Source: Candidatus Electronema halotolerans (GTDB lineage: Bacteria > Desulfobacterota > Desulfobulbia > Desulfobulbales > Desulfobulbaceae). From it: a DNA stretch of 32,000 nt. Numbering within the stretch: position 1 is the first letter of the stretch; every line of letters starts with the position of its first letter. Position numbers and translations under genes: made by a program. The notes under the pieces are model-generated. The model was not told the DNA's origin and searched no databases. It saw only the letters and a program-made list of their open reading frames with translations. This document shows, one piece after another, positions 18,449 through 27,406 of this stretch. The DNA lies in the NCBI GenBank assembly GCA_942493095.1, contig OW818675.1, positions 1,410,001-1,442,000 of the forward strand, written 5' to 3'.

Positions 18449-19744
18449 ATGAAAAAGCGCATTTTCTCTCTTGTTGTTGCCAGCACACTTGCTGGTTTAA
18501 TCGGAATATGGTTCTTCACGCGGGACACGTTGCCTAAAACTATCGAGATAGCAACTGCCAGACCGGGCGGGATGTACTACAGGTTTGGAAAGGCCCTGAA
18601 AGAAAAACTACAGCAAAGAATAGATCATGGTCATGAGATATTACTCCATGACACATCAGGAACATTGGAAAATATCGAGCTGCTGAAAAACGACAAGGTT
18701 CATTTTGCCCTGCTTGAGTTTGTCCTGTACCCAAACCCAAATGACAATATATCCATCATCACCCCGCTCTATCATGAACCAGCACTGATCCTTGCCAAAA
18801 AAGAACTGGCCATAAATTCTGTCTTTGACTTGCAAGGACGGCCTGTCTGCGTCTGGCCAAAAGGCTCTGGCATGGAAAAAACAACTGAAATGCTGCTGGA
18901 TTTTTATGATCAAGACATAGAACGGGTGGAAAAAAACTGCTTTGCGGAGCAAGACTCGTGGGATGCTGCTTTTGCAGTGTTCGGACTGCTTACCCCGTCT
19001 CTGCAAAAGATGGTGCAAACGGGAGATTATAAAATTATCGGCCTTCCAGTAACTAAGGCGCTGGCAGCATCCTATGCTTTTCCCACTGAATTCACAGTTC
19101 CAAAAGGAATATTTGCCAGAAAGCCGCACCTGCTCCCAGCGCATGATATTCAAACCGTTGCCTACACGACTTTTCTTGCCGGGAACAACGGAGAAAATTC
19201 CAAGAAAAAAGCTGATCCAGTTCTGGTAAATGAGGTGCTTGACGCGATATACAGCCCTGATCTTCATATTCAATTTCCAATGCTGATGTCTCAGGAAAAA
19301 GCAAAGACTTGGTCAAGGCTTCCTCTGCATCCGACAGCAATGGAATATTTTGAGCCGTACCGTAAAATCGGGGTGATCGCGAATTTCATGGAATCCTTGG
19401 CTGCTGTCAAGGAATTGTTTTTTGCTTTTGCTGCTGCCTGCTATTTTCTCTGGCTACGCGTTAGCGAACTGCGCAAGAAAAAGGAAAGAGATGAGGTTGC
19501 GCGGATGAAAGAACAGCTTGATGATTTTTTGAAAATCACAATGGAGGCTGACCGCAAGCAGATGCAGTCAACATCTCGTGAAGAGCTGATACATCTGATG
19601 CAACAGGTCACAGAAGTAAAGCTGCAAGCCTTGACTGAACTTACGCATGAGAGATTGCGTTCAGATCAAATGTTTTCCATCTTCCTGATGCAGTGCCACA
19701 ATGTTATTGTAAAAATTCAAGTGAAGATTGGAATCCTCAACTGA
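18449..19744 (+). CDS. TAXI-family (TRAP-associated) solute-binding protein with C-terminal TM and coiled-coil-like extension
   Basis: Signal/TM N-terminus, IEIATARPGGMYYRFGKALKEKL, VCVWPKGSGMEKTTEMLLDFY; second TM LFFAFAAACYFLWL followed by a charged helical tail. Confidence 0.7.
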   Translation: MKKRIFSLVVASTLAGLIGIWFFTRDTLPKTIEIATARPGGMYYRFGKALKEKLQQRIDHGHEILLHDTSGTLENIELLKNDKVHFALLEFVLYPNPNDNISIITPLYHEPALILAKKELAINSVFDLQGRPVCVWPKGSGMEKTTEMLLDFYDQDIERVEKNCFAEQDSWDAAFAVFGLLTPSLQKMVQTGDYKIIGLPVTKALAASYAFPTEFTVPKGIFARKPHLLPAHDIQTVAYTTFLAGNNGENSKKKADPVLVNEVLDAIYSPDLHIQFPMLMSQEKAKTWSRLPLHPTAMEYFEPYRKIGVIANFMESLAAVKELFFAFAAACYFLWLRVSELRKKKERDEVARMKEQLDDFLKITMEADRKQMQSTSREELIHLMQQVTEVKLQALTELTHERLRSDQMFSIFLMQCHNVIVKIQVKIGILN

Positions 19745-19767
19745 AGACTATAATCCAAACAGACAAT

Positions 19768-20172
19768 ATGCAACAACTGAAAAAGGAATATCGGCAGCAC
19801 AGCCCGCTGGAGCTGGCTGCTGTCTGCGCCCGCATTGCCTTGGACACCAAGGCCGAAGAACTTGCCGTGCTCGACGTGCGCGGACAGTCCTCATTTGCTG
19901 ATTATTTTCTCATCATGAGCGGCCGCTCGACCCGGCATGTCCAAGCCTTGGCTGAAGCCATTGAGACGGAGCTGAACTCCAAGCGGATCAGCAGCCAACA
20001 TGCCGAGGGCTTGCAGGAAGGCCTCTGGGTGCTGCTCGATTTTGGCGACGTGGTGACGCATATTTTTTATCGGGATCAGCGCAAGTTTTACAACCTCGAA
20101 GGCCTGTGGCACGATGCGCCCCTGCTCGATTTGCAGCGCGATTTGGGCCTTGACGAACAGGAGGGCGCATGA
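19768..20172 (+). CDS. rsfS: Ribosome silencing factor (Iojap/RsfS)
   Basis: ALDTKAEELAVLDVRGQSSFADYFLIMSGRSTRHVQALAEAIE...EGLQEGLWVLLDFGDVVTHIFYRDQRKFYNLEGLWHDAP. Internal ATG at 19768 preferred over 19693. Confidence 0.93.
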   Translation: MQQLKKEYRQHSPLELAAVCARIALDTKAEELAVLDVRGQSSFADYFLIMSGRSTRHVQALAEAIETELNSKRISSQHAEGLQEGLWVLLDFGDVVTHIFYRDQRKFYNLEGLWHDAPLLDLQRDLGLDEQEGA

Positions 20173-21716
20173 TGACTGCGGCAGGAAAGCCTGTGATGCT
20201 GGCAATTTTGGACGGCTGGGGCCTTGCTCCGCCTTCCGCGACCAACGCCGTCTCTGTTGCTGAGACTCCGAACATGGACAAATGGGCGGCGGAATATCCT
20301 TGCACGACCTTGGCCGCCCATAACGGCGCGGTTGGCCTGCCGGAAGGACAGATGGGCAACTCCGAAGTCGGCCATCTCAATATTGGCGCGGGCCGGGTGG
20401 TGTATCAGGATTACACCCGCATCAACCGGGCTGTTGAGCTGGGGGAATTTGCTCAGAATCCTGTGCTGACAGCGGTGCTGGACAAGGTCAAGGCCGCAGG
20501 CAGCCGGGTGCATTTCTGCGGCCTGCTCTCAGATGGCGGGGTGCATTCGCATCTCAGTCACTTGGCCGCCCTGCTGGAAATGGCTGCGGCCCGCCAGATT
20601 GAGGCCAAAATTCATTGCTTCATGGATGGCCGCGACACGCCGCCGAAAAGCGGAGCAGGTTACATGCGGCAGCTCATGGAGATTATCGAGCGAGTTGGCT
20701 GCGGTCAAGTGGCGACGGTCTCTGGCCGCTACTGGGCTATGGATCGCGACACGCGCTGGGGTCGGGTGGAAAAGGCATGGCAGGCAATGGTTGACGGCCA
20801 AGGGCAGACCGCAGCTGATCCGGTGCAGGCTGTGGAAGATGCCTACAGCCAGGGCGAGACAGACGAATTTATTCAGCCGACTGTGGTGGATGCGTCAGGC
20901 CGAATTCAGGACAACGACGCAGTGGTCTTTTTCAACTTCCGCGCTGACCGGGTGCGCGAGCTGTGTCATGCTTTCGCGGATACGGACTTCACAGGGTTTT
21001 CGGTCAGCAATCGGCCTGAGCTGCTGGAGCTGGCAACCATGACCGAATATGAAGCAGATTTTTCTTTTCCCATCGCCTTTCCGCCGCAGAATCTGACCCG
21101 CATTCTTGGTGAGGAGGTGAGCCGGGCCGGGCTGCGCCAGCTACGCATTGCTGAGACTGAGAAATACGCGCATGTCACCTACTTTTTCAACGGAGGCAAT
21201 GAGGTGCCTTTTGCCGGTGAAGAGCGTATATTGGTTGAATCGCCGCGTGATGTTGCCACTTATGATCTCAAGCCTGCCATGAGCGCGGTTGAGGTGACTG
21301 ACCGCCTGCTGGCCGCGCTGGCCAAGCAGGATTATGATTTGGTGATTCTCAACTTTGCCAACGGCGACATGGTTGGTCATACTGGGATTTTGCCAGCGGC
21401 AGTGCTGGCCTGCGAAACTGTGGATCAGTGCTTGGGCCGGATTGCCGAGCGGCTGCGCGAGCTGGGCGGCATCCTGCTGATCACCGCTGATCACGGCAAT
21501 GCCGAGGTGATGCGCAATCAAGCAACCGGCCAGCCGCACACTGCTCACACCCTGAACCCGGTGCCGCTGATTTTGGTCAGTGAGCAGCACAAAGGCTGCA
21601 CTCTGAAAGGTGGCGGTGCGCTCAAGGACATTGCCCCGACCCTGCTGCACCTGCTGGGGCTGGAGCAGCCAAGGGAAATGGAAGGCGAGGATTTGCTTGC
21701 ATTCCTTAACCTTTGA
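20169..21716 (+). CDS. gpmI: 2,3-bisphosphoglycerate-independent phosphoglycerate mutase
   Basis: VMLAILDGWGLAPPSATNAVSVAETPNMDKW...GNSEVGHLNIGAGRVVYQDYTRIN...ITADHGNAEVM. 4-nt overlap with rsfS. Confidence 0.96.
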   Translation: MMTAAGKPVMLAILDGWGLAPPSATNAVSVAETPNMDKWAAEYPCTTLAAHNGAVGLPEGQMGNSEVGHLNIGAGRVVYQDYTRINRAVELGEFAQNPVLTAVLDKVKAAGSRVHFCGLLSDGGVHSHLSHLAALLEMAAARQIEAKIHCFMDGRDTPPKSGAGYMRQLMEIIERVGCGQVATVSGRYWAMDRDTRWGRVEKAWQAMVDGQGQTAADPVQAVEDAYSQGETDEFIQPTVVDASGRIQDNDAVVFFNFRADRVRELCHAFADTDFTGFSVSNRPELLELATMTEYEADFSFPIAFPPQNLTRILGEEVSRAGLRQLRIAETEKYAHVTYFFNGGNEVPFAGEERILVESPRDVATYDLKPAMSAVEVTDRLLAALAKQDYDLVILNFANGDMVGHTGILPAAVLACETVDQCLGRIAERLRELGGILLITADHGNAEVMRNQATGQPHTAHTLNPVPLILVSEQHKGCTLKGGGALKDIAPTLLHLLGLEQPREMEGEDLLAFLNL

Positions 21717-22455
21717 AGATAATGAGATATAAAGGTTAGGCTCCTTACTGGACTTTGAATATGCTGAGAAATTTTTTCAAGCTGAATGCCCCGTTCGATA
21801 CATTCAACAGGGAGACTTTCGACTCTCATCTGAGGACAAGTAAGCATATTTGCAATGTGTTGTATGAGCCTAACTCCTATAAAGAAGCCAAGGTTACAAG
21901 AGTAACATTTGAGAATGTTTCTTTCTCAAAAACAACTATAATCAAGGTGACATTCATCGACTGTATTTTTAAAGACTGTCTCTTTATAGCAACAAAATTT
22001 ACATCAGTTGGATTTCATGACTGTATTTTTGAAAATTGCAATTTTTACAAATCTACATTTCATAGCCTCTACGCAAGACCACATCAGTTCAGGAAGGCTA
22101 TTGCTAATGATGAGTATGCAAATATTGCCGTTCATCTGTACCAACAGCTCCGTGAGAATTATTATCAAGAATCGCAACGGGAGTTTAAGAACGAGGCGGA
22201 GTATTATTTTGGACATTGGAATCGAAAAAATGAGTATATCCAAGCAAAAAGGAAGAAAAAGAAATTCTATTCTTATATTTTTCAGCATATTATCTCGTAC
22301 CTGTATGGGTATCTCTTAGGGTATGGATATAGATTGCGCAATCTCGTAGTGACCACATTTGTATTGTTATAGCGGTTTCAGGTTGTATGGTTATCAGAAA
22401 AAGATTAAACTTGACTTGTCTGTTTTTTCCATTTTTTTACACACGGAGGTCTGCC

Positions 22456-22824
22456 ATGATTTATTCTATTGATTTCAGAAAGAAAGTCTTGTCTGTTTAT
22501 GAAAAACAGAAATCATTGAGAAGAACTGCAGATTTGCTTGACGTTTCCTATAAATTTGTTCAAAGTCTTGTAAAAAGATGGAAGACTGAGGGGACGCTTG
22601 AGCCGAAGCCTCATAAAGGCGGAAATCCTCCGAAAATCAAGGAAGTTCATATGCCTTTTCTGACCAGCATGATTGATGACGAGAACGATCTTACGCTTGA
22701 AGAGATGTGTGATCGCTTATACGAGAAATTCAATTTAAAAATAGCACCTTCCACGCTGTGCGAAACTCTCGCCAGACTGAAAATCAGCCGGAAAAAAAAC
22801 TTTCCGCGATCCGGCGGCGTATAA
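22456..22824 (+). CDS. IS630 family transposase, N-terminal HTH part (orfA)
   Basis: MIYSIDFRKKVLSVYEKQKSLRRTADLLDVSYKFVQSLVKRWKTEGTLEPKPHKGG... Confidence 0.85.
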   Translation: MIYSIDFRKKVLSVYEKQKSLRRTADLLDVSYKFVQSLVKRWKTEGTLEPKPHKGGNPPKIKEVHMPFLTSMIDDENDLTLEEMCDRLYEKFNLKIAPSTLCETLARLKISRKKNFPRSGGV

Positions 22825-23389
22825 AGAGGAAAATATAGCAAAGACAGTTAATTACCTTGCAGGCCTGCTCGAGGCTGACAAAAAGAATTTCATCTTTATT
22901 GATGAGACAGGATGCTGTTTGAACATGTCGAGAAAATTTGCAAGATCAAGAAAAGGAACAAGAGCTTTTTCAAAAAGACCTTCAGGTAAAGGGAAAAGAA
23001 TAAGCATGATAGGAGCTGTAAAGTTTGGAAAAATATTGAAGTGCATGAAATTTAAAGGCACCATGACAGGAGATGTCTTTTATTTCTATATAAAAAATTA
23101 TCTTTTGAAATATCTTGACAGCAGCAAGACAGTCGTTCTTGACAATGCCAGTCCTCATAAAAACAAAGAAGCTCTCGCTTTGATCAGAAGTACAGGAGCG
23201 AAGATCATTTTCCTCCCTCCTTATCGTCCTGAACTGAACCCTATTGAATACTGCTGGTCAGTAATGAAAAACACTATAAGAAAATTGAAGCCGAGAACAG
23301 AGCGTGAGCTGATGGAAGCTTATGATATATCTCTGAAAACGGTTAAGTCAAAATCAATCAAATCGTTTTTCCGTCATTGCTGGGTTTGA
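22802..23389 (+). CDS. IS630 family transposase, C-terminal DDE part (orfB frame, reached by frameshift)
   Basis: The +1 frame reads TFRDPAAYKEENIAKTVNYLAGLLEADKKNFIFIDETGCCLNMSRKF... TVVLDNASPHKN ... FLPPYRPELNPIEYCWSVMK: D, D and E catalytic motifs retained. Start approximate. Confidence 0.8.
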   Translation, partial: FRDPAAYKEENIAKTVNYLAGLLEADKKNFIFIDETGCCLNMSRKFARSRKGTRAFSKRPSGKGKRISMIGAVKFGKILKCMKFKGTMTGDVFYFYIKNYLLKYLDSSKTVVLDNASPHKNKEALALIRSTGAKIIFLPPYRPELNPIEYCWSVMKNTIRKLKPRTERELMEAYDISLKTVKSKSIKSFFRHCWV

Positions 23390-23645
23390 TATCTGTTCAA
23401 TACGAAACCGCTATATTGTCAACCATTTTGGCGAATTACATATTCGCTCAGTATCTTTTTGCAGAACCAGTGGAAACATCATTGGTGAAGACGATATACT
23501 TCACACTTACGACTATGGCAACGCTTGGAGCATCTGGCTATAGTCCAGACACGGAAATAGGTTATCTATTCGTAGTGGCAAATGTCATATTCGGAATGAG
23601 CATTTTATCTGCAACTATCGGTGCAATATTTAAGAAGGTTATCCG

Positions 23646-24482
23646 ATGATGCTGGTGATAGAATTTGGAAGCGGCAGGCGTGGAGATTGCGATCTGACAT
23701 CAGATAGAGATATTCTCCTTATTGGAACGGATTGGCAGAAAATTTCGTATGAATCGGCAAAGTGGTGCATAAATGGTTTTTCTGTTAGTACATTTTTGTT
23801 CGACAAGGCCAGCTATTTGGCAAGCAAGGGCAATCTTTTCTTCAAGCATATCTTCGATGAAGGTGTCCTTGTATTCGGATCAGAGGCTCGCTATAGAGAA
23901 CTTAAAGATAGATGGCAGGCGGCTGCCGACTATTGGGATGAAGTACGAGATAATTTAGACCTCTTGGAAGTTATTCATTTTATTCCTCAGACATCTGCTG
24001 GAATAGCCGTAGCTATTGATATTTTAATTTCTAGTGTGCGGAACATTCTAATTCGGAGACTTGCATGCGACGGAAAATATGTATTCGCATGGGGGAAGGT
24101 TTTTGTAGAGGCAAACAAAAGACAGATGATCAAGAAAGAGGATATACATCTTTTTATGACATCGAGATGTCTAAAGAATAAATATCGTCAAGGTTTTATC
24201 CAAAATCTACCGCTCTCATACTTGGAAGCTCTTCTTGAAGCATCCAATAGGGCTTGCGGAGTGATGCTGAGACCAAACTTCGCTTATCGCGCTGCCCTTC
24301 GATCTTTGCCAGAAAAATACTTGGATGGGACATACAAACAGCTTCGTGCTCTGGAACTCATGTGTGCAGAATATTTGTTTGATAAATCCCTTGACCCGTT
24401 AATGAGTATTGTCCGTACTCCTGCATACTTCTGCGTCAATGGGCCTGCCAAGTCCATCCGCCGATGTCAAAAAGCGGTATGA
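23646..24482 (+). CDS. Pol-beta superfamily nucleotidyltransferase-like protein with helical (HEPN-like?) C-terminus
   Basis: MMLVIEFGSGRRGDCDLTSDRDILLIGTDW: GSxxRG...DxD nucleotidyltransferase motif. ATG overlaps the channel stop codon (ATGA). Confidence 0.7.
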   Translation: MMLVIEFGSGRRGDCDLTSDRDILLIGTDWQKISYESAKWCINGFSVSTFLFDKASYLASKGNLFFKHIFDEGVLVFGSEARYRELKDRWQAAADYWDEVRDNLDLLEVIHFIPQTSAGIAVAIDILISSVRNILIRRLACDGKYVFAWGKVFVEANKRQMIKKEDIHLFMTSRCLKNKYRQGFIQNLPLSYLEALLEASNRACGVMLRPNFAYRAALRSLPEKYLDGTYKQLRALELMCAEYLFDKSLDPLMSIVRTPAYFCVNGPAKSIRRCQKAV

Positions 24483-24640
24483 TTGATGGCTCCAGCATTA
24501 TCGCAGGTATTAAACAACAAATCGATTTTCATACTGAATCGGTCGCCGAGCTGAAAGCGGCCAAAGCGTGAATCAATCGAGTTCCCGCGCCTTGGCCTAA
24601 CTTGCGCGGATATGAGGAAATTTTCAATCGAGAGAAAACT

Positions 24641-25861
24641 ATGAGCAATCATCGGCAGGGTACGGCCTTTCAAGTCAATAAAACATACGCGGAAATCAAT
24701 GCCCGGATCAAGGCGGGCGAGGCTGTGGTGGTCACAGCGGACGAGATGGTCGATATTGTCAAACAGGAAGGCCCGGTCGAGGCGGCCAAGCGGGTTGACG
24801 TGGTGACAACCGGCACCTTTTCGATCATGTGCTCGTCCGGCCTGTTCTTCAACTTCGGCCAGAGCAATCCCACCATCAAGGGCCAGAAAGTCTGGCTCAA
24901 CAAGGTGCCTGCTTATGCGGGCATTGCTGCTGTGGATGCCTACATCGGCGCAACCGAGCTGGCAGAGACGGATCCGCTCAATCAGGTTTATCCGGGCGAA
25001 TTCCGCTACGGCGGCGGCCACGTCATCCAAGACTTGGTTGCAGGCAAAAAGGTCTTTCTGGAAGTCAAAGCCTATCCGACCGACTGCTATGCCAACACCA
25101 AGTGGAAAAAAGATGTGACCTTGGCTGACCTGCCTCAGGCACTGCTCTGCAATCCCCGCAACGGCTATCAGAATTACAACTGCGCCGTCAATCTGTCCGA
25201 CCGCATCGTCTATACCTACATGGGCACGCTCAAGCCCAACTGCCGCAATGCCAACTATTGCAGCGCAGGTCAGCTCAGTCCGCTGCTCAACGACCCGCTC
25301 TACCGCACCATTGGCATTGGCACCCGCATTTTCCTTGGCGGCGGCACAGGCTACGTGACGTTCTGCGGCACCCAGCACAATCCGGCTGCGCCACGCGGCG
25401 ACAATGGCGTTCCCATCCGGCCCGCTGGCACCATGATGGTGCAGGGCGATCTCAAGCAGATGTCAGCAGACTGGCTGCGCGGAGTCAGCATTCAGGGCTA
25501 TGGCAGCTCGCTGGCGGTCGGCTTGGGCGTGCCGATTCCGATCCTCAACGAGGAGATGGCCCGCTTCACCGGGGTCTCGGACGAGGAGATTTTCACCCAT
25601 GTGGTCGATTACGGCCACGACTACACCAATGGCATTGCCCGCACCTACGGCAAGGTCAGCTATGCCCAGCTCCGCAGCGGTGAAATTGAGGTAGAAGGCA
25701 AGAAGGTGCCGACCGCGCCGCTCTCTTCGCTGGCAAAGGCCCGGCAGATCGCGGAAATCCTGAAAGAATGGATTCAGCAGGGCAAGTTTCATCTCGGCGA
25801 ACCGGTCGATTATTTCCCCACAGTGGATTTTTCCTTTGACAAGCCAGAGCCGCAGGAGTAA
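24641..25861 (+). CDS. Homocysteine biosynthesis protein (DUF39; L-aspartate semialdehyde sulfurtransferase family)
   Basis: TYAEINARIKAGEAVVVTADEMVDIV...VDVVTTGTFSIMCSSGLFFNFG...PPIKG-like region, GGGTGYVTFCGTQHNP. ATG 24641 preferred over 24602. Confidence 0.85.
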   Translation: MSNHRQGTAFQVNKTYAEINARIKAGEAVVVTADEMVDIVKQEGPVEAAKRVDVVTTGTFSIMCSSGLFFNFGQSNPTIKGQKVWLNKVPAYAGIAAVDAYIGATELAETDPLNQVYPGEFRYGGGHVIQDLVAGKKVFLEVKAYPTDCYANTKWKKDVTLADLPQALLCNPRNGYQNYNCAVNLSDRIVYTYMGTLKPNCRNANYCSAGQLSPLLNDPLYRTIGIGTRIFLGGGTGYVTFCGTQHNPAAPRGDNGVPIRPAGTMMVQGDLKQMSADWLRGVSIQGYGSSLAVGLGVPIPILNEEMARFTGVSDEEIFTHVVDYGHDYTNGIARTYGKVSYAQLRSGEIEVEGKKVPTAPLSSLAKARQIAEILKEWIQQGKFHLGEPVDYFPTVDFSFDKPEPQE

Positions 25862-26657
25862 CTGTAGGGAGAAGACAGCCCGGCTTTGCCGCCTGCTGCG
25901 GGACTTCGGGCGGGTCGGCATTGCTTTTTCCGGCGGTGCTGACTCCTCCTTTCTCCTGCGTTCCGCCCTTGATGCGCTGGGCGCGGAAAACGTGCTGGCT
26001 CTGCATGGCCGTTCCTGTCTCCAGAAAAAGGAAGAACAGGAGCGGGTGGCAGCATGGCCGGAGCGGCATGGCTTTCCGGCGGTATGGCTGCGCCTTGTTG
26101 AACTGGAGCCGTTGCAGTGGCAGGAATTTGTCCGCAATCCGCCAGACCGCTGCTATTTTTGCAAACGGCATATATGCCAGCTTTTTCAGGCTCTCTTGGC
26201 TGAGGAAGGCATTGCCGTGCTTTTGGACGGCAGCAACGCGGATGATTTGCAGCAGGGCGAAACCAGCCGGCCCGGTCTGCGGGCAATTGCGGAACTCGGT
26301 GTCCGCAGTCCCTTGGCGGACTGCGGTTTCAGCAAGGCGGAAATTCGGGACTTGAGCCGCGAGCTGGGTTTGGAGACATGGAATCAGCCTGCTTCTTCCT
26401 GCCTTGCCACCAGAATTCCGCAGGGCATGGAAATCACTGTTGCCCGGCTGGAGCAGGTCGCGGCAATGGAGCAAGTGCTTGCTGAAGCTGGCTTTTCCGG
26501 CTGCCGGGCACGGCTCCTTGACGAGGCGGCGGTCTGCTTGCAGCTTCAACAGAACGACATGGAACAGTTTTGGCCCGGAGAAATCCGCAAGCCGCTCTGC
26601 TCCCAGCTGAAAAAACAGGGCGCAGAAAAAATTCTTCTTGACCTTGATGGCCGTTGA
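25836..26657 (+). CDS. larE: ATP-dependent sacrificial sulfur transferase LarE-like
   Basis: VGIAFSGGADSSFLLRSALDALG (PP-loop), RCYFCKRHICQLF, DGSNADDLQQGETSRPGLRAIAELGVRSPLAD, SSCLATRIPQG. The exact start is uncertain because the ORF track uses a TTG. Confidence 0.88.
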   Translation: MTSQSRRSNCREKTARLCRLLRDFGRVGIAFSGGADSSFLLRSALDALGAENVLALHGRSCLQKKEEQERVAAWPERHGFPAVWLRLVELEPLQWQEFVRNPPDRCYFCKRHICQLFQALLAEEGIAVLLDGSNADDLQQGETSRPGLRAIAELGVRSPLADCGFSKAEIRDLSRELGLETWNQPASSCLATRIPQGMEITVARLEQVAAMEQVLAEAGFSGCRARLLDEAAVCLQLQQNDMEQFWPGEIRKPLCSQLKKQGAEKILLDLDGR

Positions 26658-26778
26658 CAGATATTTTTTTATTCTGTTTAATGCCTCATATTGATGAGAC
26701 AGGCGTTTCTTGCGCTGTGAAGAGCAGATGCGTCAATCACCCTGGATGGGTAAACAAAAAAGAAGAGAGGAACAGCAG

Positions 26779-27054
26779 ATGAACAAAAAAGAATTAGTTG
26801 ATTCAATGGCCGAGGCAGCTGATATCAGCAGGGCCGCCGCAGAAAAGGCCCTCAACGCCCTGCTCATGAGCATCACCGAGGCTTTGGCTGAAGGTGATAA
26901 AGTGACGCTGGTTGGTTTTGGCACCTTTTCCGCCGTCAAGCGCGCCGCCCGCAAAACCAAAAATCCGCGCACTGGTGAGCCGCTTGATATTCCTGAAAAA
27001 ACCTTGGCCAAGTTCAAGGCTGGCAGCAAACTGGCTGAAGCGGTTAATCACTGA
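26779..27054 (+). CDS. HU family DNA-binding protein
   Basis: MNKKELVDSMAEAADISRAAAEKALNALLMSITEALAEGDKVTLVGFGTFSAVKRAARKTKNPRTGEPLDIPEKTLAKFKAGSKL; SD agagagg before ATG 26779. Confidence 0.96.
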   Translation: MNKKELVDSMAEAADISRAAAEKALNALLMSITEALAEGDKVTLVGFGTFSAVKRAARKTKNPRTGEPLDIPEKTLAKFKAGSKLAEAVNH

Positions 27055-27143
27055 AAGTCGGTTCTGTAAAATTTCTCTTGCCAAGACGGTTCAGGCAGAG
27101 TATATAGGAATTCCTGTCAGCAGACAGGAATCTGTTGCAGTGT

Positions 27144-27220
27144 CGGGAAGTGGCTCAGTCTGGTAGAGCACAGCGTTCGGGACGCTGGGGCCGGAGGTTC
27201 GAATCCTCTCTTCCCGACCA
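27144..27220 (+). tRNA. tRNA-Pro (anticodon CGG)
   Basis: 77 nt; acceptor stem CGGGAAG/CTTCCCG + A + encoded CCA; anticodon arm cagcg-TTCGGGA-cgctg; T arm with GGTTCGAATCC. Confidence 0.95.
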
Positions 27221-27236
27221 TCTTTTGAAGAAAATA

Positions 27237-27285
27237 CAGGGCTTGTTGATATTATTCCAACAATATCAACAAGCCCTGTTTTATT
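27237..27285 (+). terminator. Rho-independent terminator after tRNA-Pro
   Basis: 17-bp perfect stem cagggcttgttgatatt (27237-27253) / aatatcaacaagccctg (27262-27278), followed by ttttatttt. Confidence 0.9.
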
Positions 27286-27315
27286 TTCGGCTGAGGAGGC
27301 GCTCGCCTCCGCTTT

Positions 27316-27351
27316 AAAAAAAATGTCCCGTTCAGGCTGGCTGAACGGGAC
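27316..27351 (-). terminator. Rho-independent terminator of the carboxypeptidase gene
   Basis: gtcccgttcag (27325-27335) / ctgaacgggac (27341-27351), with an A tract on + at 27316-27323 that reads as a T tract on the minus strand. Confidence 0.85.
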
Positions 27352-27406
27352 TTGTGGTCCGCAAAAGTCAAACAGAAAGTCTGAGCTGCTTCCCCTGCCG
27401 CCTTGT

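Larger units (their letters stand above)
22370..23413 (+). mobile_element. IS630-type insertion sequence, ~1044 bp, TA target duplication
   Basis: Terminal inverted repeats TAGCGGTTTC (22370-22379) and GAAACCGCTA (23404-23413), flanked by TA (22368-22369 and 23414-23415). Encodes a DDE transposase in two frames. Confidence 0.88.
21761..23649 (+). pseudogene. Pentapeptide-repeat protein fused to two-TM ion-channel-like pore domain, interrupted by an IS630-type element
   Basis: Left part (21761..22369) has FENVSFSKTTIIKVTFIDCIFKDCLFIATKF...FHDCIFENCNFY. Right part (23416..23649) has TIYFTLTTMATLGASGYSPDTEIGYLFVVANVIFG. Removing 22370..23415 gives a continuous frame ...VTTFVLL|LSTILANYIFAQ... 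of about 280 aa. Confidence 0.85.

Noticed and set aside
24440-24572. Short open frame ending ...MIDGSSIIAGIKQQIDFHTESVAELKAAKA* after the NTase gene
   Set aside because: Could be a remnant of a displaced gene's 3' end at a cassette boundary, but it is too short and matches no family I recognise. Not reported as a feature.
24467-25378. 303-aa minus-strand ORF opposite the DUF39 gene
   Set aside because: Antisense artefact of a high-GC coding region.
27144-27285. tRNA-Pro as an integration site for a mobile element
   Set aside because: The tRNA is followed directly by a terminator and ordinary core genes. No integrase or second partial tRNA copy was seen.
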